DNA from: a virus
Taxonomy: Duplodnaviria; Caudoviricetes
Reading direction: 5' to 3' (one strand)
Length of the DNA: 56,027 bases
Virus record (IMG/VR): IMGVR_UViG_3300025154_001007
Span: 1-56,027 of that record
Part shown: positions 42,954 through 52,315 of the stretch, piece after piece
Numbering within the stretch: position 1 is the stretch's first letter
Layout of the letters: each line of letters opens with the position of its first letter
Notes under the pieces: model-generated
What the model was told of the DNA's origin: nothing
Databases searched by the model: none
Seen by the model: only the letters and a program-made list of their open reading frames with translations
Translations under genes and position numbers: made by a program

Positions 42954-43283
42954 TTAGTATTTTTCGCACTCTATGCACCGTAATCCCTTGCGGCTCACAG
43001 ATGAGTCGAATCCTGGCTGGCGGCCGCACCATGTGCAGTAACTATAGGTCTGCCTTGACGACCAACGTGCAAGGTAAAATAGCCTTTGTACCACAAGAGG
43101 CCCCCATATCTTGCGCCACTTAATACTCATTGCCTCTTTTACCCTGAAAGATAGCGGCAGTTTATACGTTTTTGGCTTGCAATCTCTGCACACCAAACCC
43201 ATTTCATCCATGCCGGTGTCTGGATGATTTTCGCGCCAATATGTATTCGTACTGCCGCATTTTTCGCACTTATTTAATTCCAT
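42954..43283 (-). CDS. Cys-rich (multi-CxxC) hypothetical protein
   Basis: CEKCG, CRDC, CTWCG, CIEC; flanked by 15-bp direct repeats. Confidence 0.55.
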   Translation of the reverse strand: MELNKCEKCGSTNTYWRENHPDTGMDEMGLVCRDCKPKTYKLPLSFRVKEAMSIKWRKIWGPLVVQRLFYLARWSSRQTYSYCTWCGRQPGFDSSVSRKGLRCIECEKY

Positions 43284-43341
43284 AGTTCTTTCTCCCTGTC
43301 TTTGCGGCGCCAAAGCCTGCTCTTCTGGTCGTTACGGAAAA

Positions 43342-44496
43342 TTAATCCCATCGATCAATTTTGTATTCCATGCCATCCACGCGAACGCGGGCGCCGACTG
43401 CACACAGCCCGCAAGCCGATGCCTGTTCTTTTCCAGAAAGCGTTTTGCTCTGCGAAAATGCTTCAATAGTGGCACGGATACCGCGGAACTCTGACTTCAT
43501 AATCTCAGGAAACAGGCCCAAGGATTTATTGGCAGAATCAACCGCCCCTTCGATGATGAACATGGCATCGACGCCGTGATTCGAGAAGTCGCCGCCGAAC
43601 CATTTACCGGGGTGCAGGCACACGGCAGAAATTTTGGCCCACTCGCCGCCGGAAAGGCCCCACTGTCTGGCGCTCGACCCGTTATGATACCGATACCAAG
43701 AGACAGGGTTTCTCCGGTCTTCCTGGTCCCATTGGATGATCGGCGGCGCGTCCATGTTATCGGTAGATACCAACGCGATGAAATCACCGTGTTGTGGAAC
43801 GTGGACTTCAACCTTCTGGGTGGCTACCGTCTTCCAAACGATATTCGAGTGAAAGCGCTTCGGTGCGTTTTCGCGGGCGACATGCAGATCCTTGAGCCAT
43901 TGAGCGTGACCCATGACCTTCTCGCTGCGATACAGCGTGTCTGCCTTGAGAAGCCTCAACGCCTGATCGATAACGGCCGGTGGGAACTCGACAAGCGCCC
44001 TGATCACGTTCTTGTAGTCTTCCAGCTTTTCGGCCATGGCCTGCGAAGCGGTTTTGGTAAGCGCCTTGTGTCGTATGGACGGCACGGCATAAAAGTGTTT
44101 CCAGATCCCGGTCACAGGCTGGCCCAGCACCTTTTCAGATGTCAGGAAAACTCCGGTTATTTTCGCTTTCGATACGATCTCTTCCATGGCTTTGATGGCA
44201 TCGCGGTAGGCGTCTGGGGCGTCTTCCTGGTTCCATATGGCAGGCGTCGTTTTTCCGTCGTCACCGATGGTCACCAGCCCACCAAAGCGTTCAATGAAGT
44301 GTCGGCAGGCGTGGCAGTTGTGGTACTGGCGGTCGGCACCCCAAAAGGACTGAAGGTAGGCGTCGAACAGGTATTCGGCGTTGGTCGTGAACAGCGGGCC
44401 GGATGATACCGTCTTGAACCGTGTGCTGATCCGTTCCAAAAAAGCGTCATAGATCCTGTCTTCCTGATTTCCTATCGCTACACATTCGCTTTGCAT
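43342..44496 (-). CDS. Conserved phage hypothetical protein
   Basis: GGAGGG RBS; RQYHNCHACRHFI, PIIQWD..RNPVSWY, LFPEI. Confidence 0.8.
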   Translation of the reverse strand: MQSECVAIGNQEDRIYDAFLERISTRFKTVSSGPLFTTNAEYLFDAYLQSFWGADRQYHNCHACRHFIERFGGLVTIGDDGKTTPAIWNQEDAPDAYRDAIKAMEEIVSKAKITGVFLTSEKVLGQPVTGIWKHFYAVPSIRHKALTKTASQAMAEKLEDYKNVIRALVEFPPAVIDQALRLLKADTLYRSEKVMGHAQWLKDLHVARENAPKRFHSNIVWKTVATQKVEVHVPQHGDFIALVSTDNMDAPPIIQWDQEDRRNPVSWYRYHNGSSARQWGLSGGEWAKISAVCLHPGKWFGGDFSNHGVDAMFIIEGAVDSANKSLGLFPEIMKSEFRGIRATIEAFSQSKTLSGKEQASACGLCAVGARVRVDGMEYKIDRWD

Positions 44497-44523
44497 AATC
44501 CCTCCAAATTAGTTAATTGACTT

Positions 44524-44739
44524 TCATTCCTTGTCGCCATAAAGTTGGTTGAAACGTAGCACCCTTTCTTCCTGAGTCAGCACGCTCAACCTCTTGATAC
44601 TCATCCTGAACGCTTTCGACAGTCTGATCGTTGATACGGACCACGGGTTTTTAATGTCATCAACGCCTTGCAGGAACCTGTTTAATGTTGCTGGATCAAG
44701 ACCATATTTCCGAGCTACCGATCTTTGACTTTGTGCCAT
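44524..44739 (-). CDS. Cro-like HTH regulator
   Basis: SQRSVARKYGLDPATLNRFLQG; first gene of the leftward operon. Confidence 0.7.
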   Translation of the reverse strand: MAQSQRSVARKYGLDPATLNRFLQGVDDIKNPWSVSTIRLSKAFRMSIKRLSVLTQEERVLRFNQLYGDKE

Positions 44740-44763
44740 TTTCTGATCACCCCCTTTTCAAAC

Positions 44764-44815
44764 ACTGTAATTTAGTGTTGATGATATGTCAACAACAAAA
44801 TTGATGGAGTATCAA
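44764..44815. promoter_or_regulatory. Divergent switch region with two operator-like palindromes
   Basis: - strand TTGACA-N17-TACAGT; TTGATG-N5-TCAA at 44778-44792 and 44801-44815. Confidence 0.7.
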
Positions 44816-44820
44816 TAAAA

Positions 44821-45375
44821 ATGATGCCTGAAATAAATAGCCCGCACCGAAACGGGAAACGCAATTTTTTGACAGTGATCCGGTCGAACCTGGATCGCTA
44901 CACGAAAACCGTCAAAGACGAGGAGGTGGCAGAATATATAGGTGTGCATCCGGCCGCGTTCAGCCGCATGCTCAAAAGTGACGCCTACGCAGTCCAGCCC
45001 CCTGGCAAGCCGGCCAAAACAGATAGAGGCGTAGGTGGTGCCGCCTGGACCGTAGACCGCTGGTTCAAAGCTCTGGAGTTTTTGGGGATCGATCCCCATT
45101 CGGCCATAGACTCGGTATTCGGCAAATCATCCAAAGTTATTGCATCGGAAGGAGGCGATGAAGCAACGGCTCAAATCGTGTCAATGCTACACAAACTTGG
45201 TCCCGACGATTCGGTATTGGCTCTGTTAAGGATGGTGCGAGAGATCAAGGAACAGCGTGGGGATATTGGTTTGGTTCTCGACGCGGTTCGTGCGATCCAC
45301 AAAGCGGCGGTTCCCAAGCGGGTCAATAAAAAGACGACTTGCGAGGTATCGCAGTTGTTCGCGGGAAACGGGTAG
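44821..45375 (+). CDS. CI-like HTH repressor (no S24 peptidase domain evident)
   Basis: DEEVAEYIGVHPAAFSRML; divergent from the cro-like gene. Confidence 0.65.
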   Translation: MMPEINSPHRNGKRNFLTVIRSNLDRYTKTVKDEEVAEYIGVHPAAFSRMLKSDAYAVQPPGKPAKTDRGVGGAAWTVDRWFKALEFLGIDPHSAIDSVFGKSSKVIASEGGDEATAQIVSMLHKLGPDDSVLALLRMVREIKEQRGDIGLVLDAVRAIHKAAVPKRVNKKTTCEVSQLFAGNG

Positions 45376-45393
45376 CTGTCAAATCAATGCAAT

Positions 45394-45439
45394 AAAAAAA
45401 ACGGCCTAGGGAGAATGACCCCCGGGCCGTTTCTGTTTT
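45394..45439. terminator. Bidirectional intrinsic terminator
   Basis: A run, AAACGGCC/GGCCGTTT stem, T run between convergent genes. Confidence 0.75.
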
Positions 45440-45458
45440 GTCATTATCGACTACTCGG

Positions 45459-46097
45459 TCACTTTAACATAAGCCCCTGCTTAAACCCCCTGGCCGCCGC
45501 CTGTAGCATCGGGATATTGACCATCTCAACGGACTCGATCACCCCGGAGGCGTCCAGGCCGAACCCCATGATCCTCGCAAGCTCCACCAAACGGTTAGCT
45601 ATTACAGGGTGCGTCATGGTTCGCAAGTACGACTCAGCCGCTTGTGCGCCGTCAAGGGTCACGGTTCCACTTTGGATGGCCTGATAGTAGGCCTCCATTT
45701 CATCGGTCCATTGTAGGCTGTCCTGGGCCTCATACCCGGCCATGAGCGCGGCCGATTCTATGGCGTAGGCTTGCACTTGGGGATCGGTCTTTCCGGTCGT
45801 GGCGCAGCCGTTGAGCATGGTGAACATGCCCCACATGGCAACGCCCCAAATGGCGATGGCGACCAGCATGGCCCGGCCGGAATTGCCGAGGATGGAGGGG
45901 GGCTCCTCTTTCGTCGGGAGTGGGGATTGCTTGAGGTACATCGCCCCCGATAAAATCGCCCCGACGCCGGCCATGGATGCCAGTTTGCCAAGGCCTTCTT
46001 GTAAGTTGAATGTTGCCGGCTCGATGATTGCCGCCGTGATCGAATTTGCCGCGCCGCCGATGATGGCGCTTAGAAGCCCTTTAAGCCAAGTGTTCAT
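45459..46097 (-). CDS. Holin-like membrane protein fused to a lipoprotein-like domain
   Basis: Two hydrophobic helices ending YLKQSPLP, then a third ending MLNGC. Confidence 0.6.
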   Translation of the reverse strand: MNTWLKGLLSAIIGGAANSITAAIIEPATFNLQEGLGKLASMAGVGAILSGAMYLKQSPLPTKEEPPSILGNSGRAMLVAIAIWGVAMWGMFTMLNGCATTGKTDPQVQAYAIESAALMAGYEAQDSLQWTDEMEAYYQAIQSGTVTLDGAQAAESYLRTMTHPVIANRLVELARIMGFGLDASGVIESVEMVNIPMLQAAARGFKQGLMLK

Positions 46098-46107
46098 AAG
46101 ACCCCCT

Positions 46108-46686
46108 TCAATAGATTCTGATTCGTTCCTGTGCGTAAATTCCAAGCCGGTTCAATTCACCCGGCACAACGCCCTTGCCATCGTTCATGCTGGCCGGGAT
46201 TATACCGGCGTCAACTGCTGCCTGTTGGATCATTTCTGAGCAGTAAAGGAAAGACCCGTTGAGCGGCACCCTGGGACGGAACAGAAGACTGACCAGCGAC
46301 AGGTAGTCGTATCGGACCTTCTTTTGGCCTTCGCCGCCCTCGAAGCGCAAGGCAGCTTTCGCCAGCTTTAAGCGGTCTGCCGGGTCCGACAGGCAACGCA
46401 CGAGATAGACTTTGCCCTTGTACCCGTCCAGAACCGAAGAAAGAAACCTTGGCTCAACGCCGCCTTCAACCGCTTCGGAAATGCTGATGCGCGGTTCGGT
46501 GTCGCCGTCAAGAATGTATCGAAAGGCAAGCGACGAGTGGTTGACCGGCATACCTGTGCGCCACCGGATGGCATGAGCAACCGGGCTTGTTCCGGTCCAT
46601 TCGATGGAATCTCCTGTCTGGATGTGATATCGAAGCAGTTGGTAACGCATGTATCCGGTTATTTTTTCATCGATATATGGGATCAC
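46108..46686 (-). CDS. Permuted papain-like NlpC/P60 (YiiX/YebB-like) protein
   Basis: GD.I, NHSSL, YDY, YCSEM with His before Cys. Confidence 0.8.
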   Translation of the reverse strand: MIPYIDEKITGYMRYQLLRYHIQTGDSIEWTGTSPVAHAIRWRTGMPVNHSSLAFRYILDGDTEPRISISEAVEGGVEPRFLSSVLDGYKGKVYLVRCLSDPADRLKLAKAALRFEGGEGQKKVRYDYLSLVSLLFRPRVPLNGSFLYCSEMIQQAAVDAGIIPASMNDGKGVVPGELNRLGIYAQERIRIY

Positions 46687-47111
46687 TTAACCCCCGCCGC
46701 GTTCAGCGCCCGGCAGATCCACCCGAGCAAAAACTTCTTTTGGCTCGGCTTCGCCTGACAGATACGAACATACCTCTTGATCCGCTTGACGGCCATTGCC
46801 ATTGCGAACGCATCGATTTTGAGCGTTTCCATCAAGAGTTCTTTGGCTGCACTGACGCCCATGTTGACCGCGATATCGAAAACGATCTCCGCGTGCCGCT
46901 GGTCGTTCATTCTGTCACAGCCGCACTTGTCCCAACAATCCCTTCTGTAAAGCGCCTTGGCGTCTTCCAGCGTGAGTTTGGAAATATCAAGGTCAGGGTA
47001 CGCCCGCTGACTTATCCCGTAGCGTGTGCGTCCTCCACGGTCGTCAGGGTCGTTTGAGTCGCCGCCTTCAAAGGCAACAGTTAGAAGAAAGGCTTTTTCA
47101 AAGTCTGGCAT
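46683..47111 (-). CDS. Endolysin, glycoside hydrolase family 108
   Basis: EGG.SNDPDDRGG.T.YGIS, FD.AVNMG, FL.GW..R; AAGGAGG RBS. Confidence 0.92.
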   Translation of the reverse strand: MPDFEKAFLLTVAFEGGDSNDPDDRGGRTRYGISQRAYPDLDISKLTLEDAKALYRRDCWDKCGCDRMNDQRHAEIVFDIAVNMGVSAAKELLMETLKIDAFAMAMAVKRIKRYVRICQAKPSQKKFLLGWICRALNAAGVK

Positions 47112-47266
47112 TATGCCTCCTTGGGCTTGAGGTATTCGAGAACCTTTTGAAGTATACCCGGCACTTTCTTTTCGATCCCGCACAGCGCTGTGCAGACCGG
47201 GCAGGTGTCGGCCTTGAATTTCATTTTGCGACCGCAACATTTACAGGTTGGTTTTATCCACAGCAT
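47111..47266 (-). CDS. 51-aa Cys-rich protein (not in ORF track)
   Basis: MLWIKPTCKCCGRKMKFKADTCPVC...; TAATG overlap with the endolysin start. Confidence 0.5.
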   Translation of the reverse strand: MLWIKPTCKCCGRKMKFKADTCPVCTALCGIEKKVPGILQKVLEYLKPKEA

Positions 47267-47438
47267 GGACGTACTCCCCGAGATCACTCAGTTCGGTTTC
47301 GGCCACGACCTTTGCGGCCGGCATAAGGCATCCCTCATTGCAATACCATGTACTGGCGATGGGGCAGGCGTTGCACTTGGCTTCGATGTCGGCCAGCACT
47401 TTGCGAAGCGTTTTGATGCGGCCCAGGTCCATGGTCAA
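47241..47438 (-). CDS. Small Cys-rich protein
   Basis: CNACP....C..GC. Confidence 0.5.
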   Translation of the reverse strand: MTMDLGRIKTLRKVLADIEAKCNACPIASTWYCNEGCLMPAAKVVAETELSDLGEYVHAVDKTNL

Positions 47439-47707
47439 TCACCCTTCTCGATCAGCCTGTCAAGCTTCGCTTCGATCCTTTTTAGCCAATCCGTGAGCCC
47501 GTCGCTTTGCTTTTCGACGGCGCCCAATCTCACGGACGTAGAGCATGAGTTCTGCAGCCGCTGGCACTCGGCCACTTCCCTTTTCGGCGGGCTGGCCTCC
47601 AAGGCTGTCACGCGCCTCTCTATGGCATGATTCACCCATTTGGCGATACCAAAAAAGGCCAGCAGGAGGCCGAGCAGCTTGCCGAGTGCTTCCACGAGAT
47701 CGGTCAT
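47435..47707 (-). CDS. Single-TM coiled-coil protein (holin/hemolysin-like)
   Basis: N-terminal TM; RIEAKLDRLIE C-terminus; lysis module. Confidence 0.6.
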   Translation of the reverse strand: MTDLVEALGKLLGLLLAFFGIAKWVNHAIERRVTALEASPPKREVAECQRLQNSCSTSVRLGAVEKQSDGLTDWLKRIEAKLDRLIEKGD

Positions 47708-47765
47708 TTTTGAGCCTTTCTTTTCTGGTTCATCGCTTTAGGTGCGTTCACGTTCATTCCCTACC

Positions 47766-49598
47766 CTACGGCAGCAACCCAGGCTTTGCGCCCATGCTGC
47801 GGGTGGTTGTGCCTGCGCCTGCACCGTACAGAAAAGCTCCGATTTCATACGTCGCAGAAGCCCAAGGAATACCCCTGGCATCTTTGGTGACGATTGCTGA
47901 TACCGAACTTGATCCGTTGTCTATCGCTGGTGATCCGGCTTGAAGGGTAAAATCGTTTGATGCCGCATTTGTGAATGCCGGGTCTGTGGTCTGGTTGGAC
48001 GTGGACCAGGCCGGAACCGTATCGGCATTTCCGTACCAGAGGTTATTACTGCCAGAGCAGGTGATATTGCTACCGCACCCGGTTATAGAAAACCACGAAC
48101 CATTATTTACTACGATATTATTGCTAAGGTATAGAGCGGTTGGCAGAGTATCGGACCCGCGAACCAGCATCGCGTATCCGCCGTCCATGTCATAAATGGT
48201 GTTATTATATAGATAGAAATTGCCACCATCCCCACCGCGAAGGGCGCCAGGGTCGCCTATGGCTATTGGCGTGCTTGCTGAATCAGATACGACGTTATTG
48301 TAGAAGTACTCGTTTGTTACGAATCCATAATCAGGCGTGTCATCTCCAGTACCCAGAACGCACGCACTCATTGATGTGTGGTGGAACCAGTTGTCGTGGA
48401 TGAATAGATTGTCAACGGAATCTCCGGACTGATGCCCGTAAATATAAAACGCATGGCCTTTTGGAATGTAGCTTACCTCGTTCCAACCAATATACATGTG
48501 GTCATGCCCGGTTCCGGTTGGGTAAGAGCCGGAAACCGAAAACCCATAACCATCCTGCACCGGAGTTGTATCCCCTCTATTATCAACTCCAGGATCGTGA
48601 ATGTAACATCCGAGTAGGTAAATATAGGTTTGGGTTTTACCGGAGATAAATGTTATTACAGTCTTACCCTCATCCCCAGGCGTGCCGCCGTGAGTAGTCG
48701 CATCAAGGCCGATAAAGCGGCAATGGCTCGATTGTTGTGCATAGTATGCTTTTGTAAAATTGATCGCGTTGGAGTGCCCGTTGACAGTCAAGTTTGAGAA
48801 TGTCCAATAATGGACATGGTTTGTTGCCTCTGTTGACCCGTTAGTTCCTATTGCTGATAAGTCATCGACAGACGATGTTCCAAGCTGAACTGCTGCGGCA
48901 GGGTAGGCTTTAAAGGTAATCGACAGACCTTCTGTGCCGTCTGCATGGTTTGTATTGTAGAAATCCAGCACGTATTTTCCGGCGTATCCACCTGGATCAG
49001 GGGTATCCCACACTCCCGCGCCAAGGTAGGCGACATCACCCGCAACAAGAATATCCCTCAGTTCAGCAACGCTGGCCTTCGGGCCGGAGGTGCCTGATTG
49101 AAAAGTCGCATAAAGCCCGGAATATGTATCGCTGGCACTCGTTTTTGAAATGAAATATATCTTGTTGGAGCCTATCGCTCGGCAGTGAAACGGGATAGAT
49201 AAGCTTGTGCCTTCTGATGTCGTGACGGTGATGGTTGAGTTTGAATATGATCCTGTTACGCCCATTGAAGAGTTGAGAAAAAAAGTCACGCGCTGAAGCT
49301 GGTCAATGCCGTTAAAAGTCGGCGTGATTGGGTCGGTGGTCGCGCCCCACTCGGCATAGTCTCCAGCAGCCGTGATATCAACCGAAGTTGCGGCGGTAGC
49401 GTTGGCAACTGTGACGTATGATGTCCCACGGCTTGAGCCAAAATTGATGCCGTAGATGGTCACGGCAGCGCCCTTAGTTGCACTACCCTCCCACCCCGTA
49501 ACTGGGCCATCGGTCATGTCGGAGAAAAACACGACCGGAGCGGTAGCGTTTGCAACTCCCGAGAATAGCAATAAGATTAAGGCTATTCTTGCGATCAT
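47766..49598 (-). CDS. Exported right-handed beta-helix protein with N-terminal Ig/IPT-like domain
   Basis: Signal peptide MIARIALILLLFSGVANA; VTIYGINFG; YNNVV/YNNTI/SNNIV; DP.F...DFTLQAGSPAIDNG. Confidence 0.85.
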   Translation of the reverse strand: MIARIALILLLFSGVANATAPVVFFSDMTDGPVTGWEGSATKGAAVTIYGINFGSSRGTSYVTVANATAATSVDITAAGDYAEWGATTDPITPTFNGIDQLQRVTFFLNSSMGVTGSYSNSTITVTTSEGTSLSIPFHCRAIGSNKIYFISKTSASDTYSGLYATFQSGTSGPKASVAELRDILVAGDVAYLGAGVWDTPDPGGYAGKYVLDFYNTNHADGTEGLSITFKAYPAAAVQLGTSSVDDLSAIGTNGSTEATNHVHYWTFSNLTVNGHSNAINFTKAYYAQQSSHCRFIGLDATTHGGTPGDEGKTVITFISGKTQTYIYLLGCYIHDPGVDNRGDTTPVQDGYGFSVSGSYPTGTGHDHMYIGWNEVSYIPKGHAFYIYGHQSGDSVDNLFIHDNWFHHTSMSACVLGTGDDTPDYGFVTNEYFYNNVVSDSASTPIAIGDPGALRGGDGGNFYLYNNTIYDMDGGYAMLVRGSDTLPTALYLSNNIVVNNGSWFSITGCGSNITCSGSNNLWYGNADTVPAWSTSNQTTDPAFTNAASNDFTLQAGSPAIDNGSSSVSAIVTKDARGIPWASATYEIGAFLYGAGAGTTTRSMGAKPGLLP

Positions 49599-50317
49599 TG
49601 CGGGTTGTCTCCTATCTGAACGTCATCGCCGCGTAGCTTGTCAAAGATTCCTGAAATCCCTGTGGTTGAAAGCAAAGACACAAGCGCAACGCGAGATATT
49701 GTAGCCTCATTTGAGCCAGATGAGGATATCGCATAGTTGTCACCGCTGGTCGGTCTTACTCCATCGGTTGAGAAACCAACCTCTATTACACCATCAACAG
49801 CACTCGCGGCGCTCTCAGCTTTATGATGCACCCAAACTTTATAGGTCGTGCCTGTTGACATCGCTCCGACTGTTCGTGCAGTGCCTGATCCTTGAGTTAT
49901 GTATAGTGTTCCGTCTGAACCAATTTGTACGTTTGATACAGCCACCGTTCCATTATACAGCGAAAAAAATGTTCTATCCCCACCGGCCAGAGCTACCGGG
50001 CGATAGAGGAAATAAACCCATATCTCACCTATCGCTGTGATCGCTGTATAAACGCGTGAGCTTGTAACTGTTCCATCGAGAAAAAAACTCTGCGCCCCTT
50101 CGAGGATGGTCGTGGTGTAGTCATAATCCGGTGTGCCGGTGACAGTTACCCAAGTTAGGTCGGTGCCGGTAGGGTCAAACGACTCTTCAAAAAGATAGGT
50201 GGGGGCTGGAGCAGCGCTCGGCACCGACCCCGCCATCTGCCCCGCCCCCATCCAGGCGTAGGACGCGGACCCGGCGAGGAGCAGAATCAAGGCTATGGGG
50301 AGAAAGTATTTTCTCAT
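49595..50317 (-). CDS. Exported beta-sandwich (lectin/LamG-like) protein
   Basis: Signal peptide MRKYFLPIALILLLAGSASYA; beta-rich body. Confidence 0.65.
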   Translation of the reverse strand: MRKYFLPIALILLLAGSASYAWMGAGQMAGSVPSAAPAPTYLFEESFDPTGTDLTWVTVTGTPDYDYTTTILEGAQSFFLDGTVTSSRVYTAITAIGEIWVYFLYRPVALAGGDRTFFSLYNGTVAVSNVQIGSDGTLYITQGSGTARTVGAMSTGTTYKVWVHHKAESAASAVDGVIEVGFSTDGVRPTSGDNYAISSSGSNEATISRVALVSLLSTTGISGIFDKLRGDDVQIGDNPQ

Positions 50318-50326
50318 AGATCACCT

Positions 50327-52315
50327 TTAGTTTGTGTCTGTCCAAGTCCCGGTTCGGCTCGTCATACGAAGGTTTGTTGCGTCCTGAGCGATGAAGCATA
50401 TTTGCGCCCCGGCAGTAGAATCGGACGTAACCGAATCACCCGCCGATAAAGTCGCTCCGTTTAGCCAAATTACATCAGCGTCATCAGGGTTGATAACTAC
50501 CGCTGCCGCCGTGGTAGAGTGAACACAGAACGAATCCCCAGCAGTAATGGCAGCAAGGTTGATCGTTCCCGCTCCGGTCGCCCAATGAATGTAGCCTTTT
50601 TGCATCGCTGAGGTTAACGTTTGGCCGTCTGCGTCGGTAGTCGAAGCGACTAAGCCTCCAATGGTTCCCGAAACAACCAGGTCGGTATTGATCCGAACCG
50701 CTGTCGCAGCTTCAATGTCAACATAGCCGTCGTTCAGCGAAGCAATGTATTCGGTGGAGTCCCTAAGCTGAAGCTGCATGGCACCATTTAGCAGAATGCC
50801 CGTATCAGGTACGTGAGTCAGTGTTACGTCTTGATCGGCACCGAAGTTGATTACGCTCGCGTCAGCCAAGAACAGGTCCGACCATTCAAGTGTAGCAGAG
50901 CCAAGAGCCGCGCCGTCAGCGGCATCAGGATTAAGGTTGGTGCCTCCGGTGAGGCCCATAACACGCCCTACTTTGGTGCCGTTCTCGTACATGTAGAGAA
51001 GCGTTTCAAACGAATAGAACCCGCTCTCGCCCGCTGTGAGCAATGGTTCGTTGCCGGTCGTGTTGTTCGGTAGGGTGGAATATCGTGCTCCGTCTACAGC
51101 GCTGGAAGCAAAGCTCGGTGCTGTGATCGTTCCGGTAGTCGTAAACGCGCCATCAGCCCCAATAGACCACTTCAGGTCTACACCGGCGTTATCATATCCC
51201 CTCAAGAAATACCCGTTGGCGTCCGCATCGTCGGTTAGTTTCAGGTCGATAAAGGAAACGTCAGCGGTAAGGTCGGCGGTTGTATTCGTAAAGGTCCATA
51301 TTGAACCGGCAGTGTTCAGGGTGGAGGTCAGAGTGAGTTTGTAACCGGCTTGGGCTATTGTACCATCTGCAACCGGATCACCGATAGCATCCAGCGTAGC
51401 GGAGCCGGCGGTAGCGTTGAGCGTGATGTAATCCCCATTGTCGTCAATGGAGACATTTGTTCCAGCCCTGATTGCACCGACCCCGCCATCGTATAGATAA
51501 TCGGCGGTTGCGGCAGCGTCCACCTTGACCGTGAAAGCATCGCTGCCGGCTGTTGCACTCAAGGTGCTGGACGCCTGGTCAAAGGAAAGGCCGGTGCCAA
51601 TCGTGAAAGGCTTGTAGGTATTTGTAGTATTGTCGAAACCGAAAAGCACGTGGGCCGCGGGATCAGCGGGCAGCAAGAGCAAGTCGCCAGGATCAACGCC
51701 TTGGTAACTCCAAGTTCCTGTCCCGGTGGTGCCAACTGTAAAAAGCCCACCGTTTTCGGTCGGGTAGCCGGTCTGCCAGCGGATGCCCCAATTTTGTGTA
51801 AAATCAGACGAGAAAAGGTCAAAGCGATAGACGTTCGCCGCTACATTGGTATACCACCGCGCCGTGCCGAGTGTCGTTCCGGCGACGCCAAGGACGAGGC
51901 CCACTGCGCCGGTCAGCGTCAGATCAGCAATGGACAAGCTGGAGTCTGCGATAGAGCCGTCTCCATCAGGATCGATGGTCGCCATGAGGTAGTCGATCAG
52001 GGCATTCTGGGAAACTCCGTGAGCCACGTCTCCGTCCATGTTTGCAGCAGTCACAGCCTCGTCTACGACTTCAGCAGCAGCACCGGAAAACTGAGTGGCA
52101 AGGATTGTGGGGCTCCACACGCGAGACTTTGTTTCGGTGCCTGCGGTAAGCTCTGCTGCTGTACCTGGAGGGGGAACGGGAGCTGCGGGAGGCCCCTTGA
52201 TGTTGCTAAGACCAACGCATCCACAAAAGAGAAAGGCGACCAGAATAACGGTCAGCGAAAATCCACTTCCGACAAAGCCGAAGCGTCCCAATCTGTCAAT
52301 GTTCCGTAGTTCCAT
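50327..52315 (-). CDS. Fibre-like protein with an N-terminal lipobox
   Basis: LTVILVAFLFCGC; T/G/A/D-rich; LGSATLEWSDLFLAD...FGADQDVTLTH fibre motif; start uncertain. Confidence 0.7.
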   Translation of the reverse strand: MELRNIDRLGRFGFVGSGFSLTVILVAFLFCGCVGLSNIKGPPAAPVPPPGTAAELTAGTETKSRVWSPTILATQFSGAAAEVVDEAVTAANMDGDVAHGVSQNALIDYLMATIDPDGDGSIADSSLSIADLTLTGAVGLVLGVAGTTLGTARWYTNVAANVYRFDLFSSDFTQNWGIRWQTGYPTENGGLFTVGTTGTGTWSYQGVDPGDLLLLPADPAAHVLFGFDNTTNTYKPFTIGTGLSFDQASSTLSATAGSDAFTVKVDAAATADYLYDGGVGAIRAGTNVSIDDNGDYITLNATAGSATLDAIGDPVADGTIAQAGYKLTLTSTLNTAGSIWTFTNTTADLTADVSFIDLKLTDDADANGYFLRGYDNAGVDLKWSIGADGAFTTTGTITAPSFASSAVDGARYSTLPNNTTGNEPLLTAGESGFYSFETLLYMYENGTKVGRVMGLTGGTNLNPDAADGAALGSATLEWSDLFLADASVINFGADQDVTLTHVPDTGILLNGAMQLQLRDSTEYIASLNDGYVDIEAATAVRINTDLVVSGTIGGLVASTTDADGQTLTSAMQKGYIHWATGAGTINLAAITAGDSFCVHSTTAAAVVINPDDADVIWLNGATLSAGDSVTSDSTAGAQICFIAQDATNLRMTSRTGTWTDTN

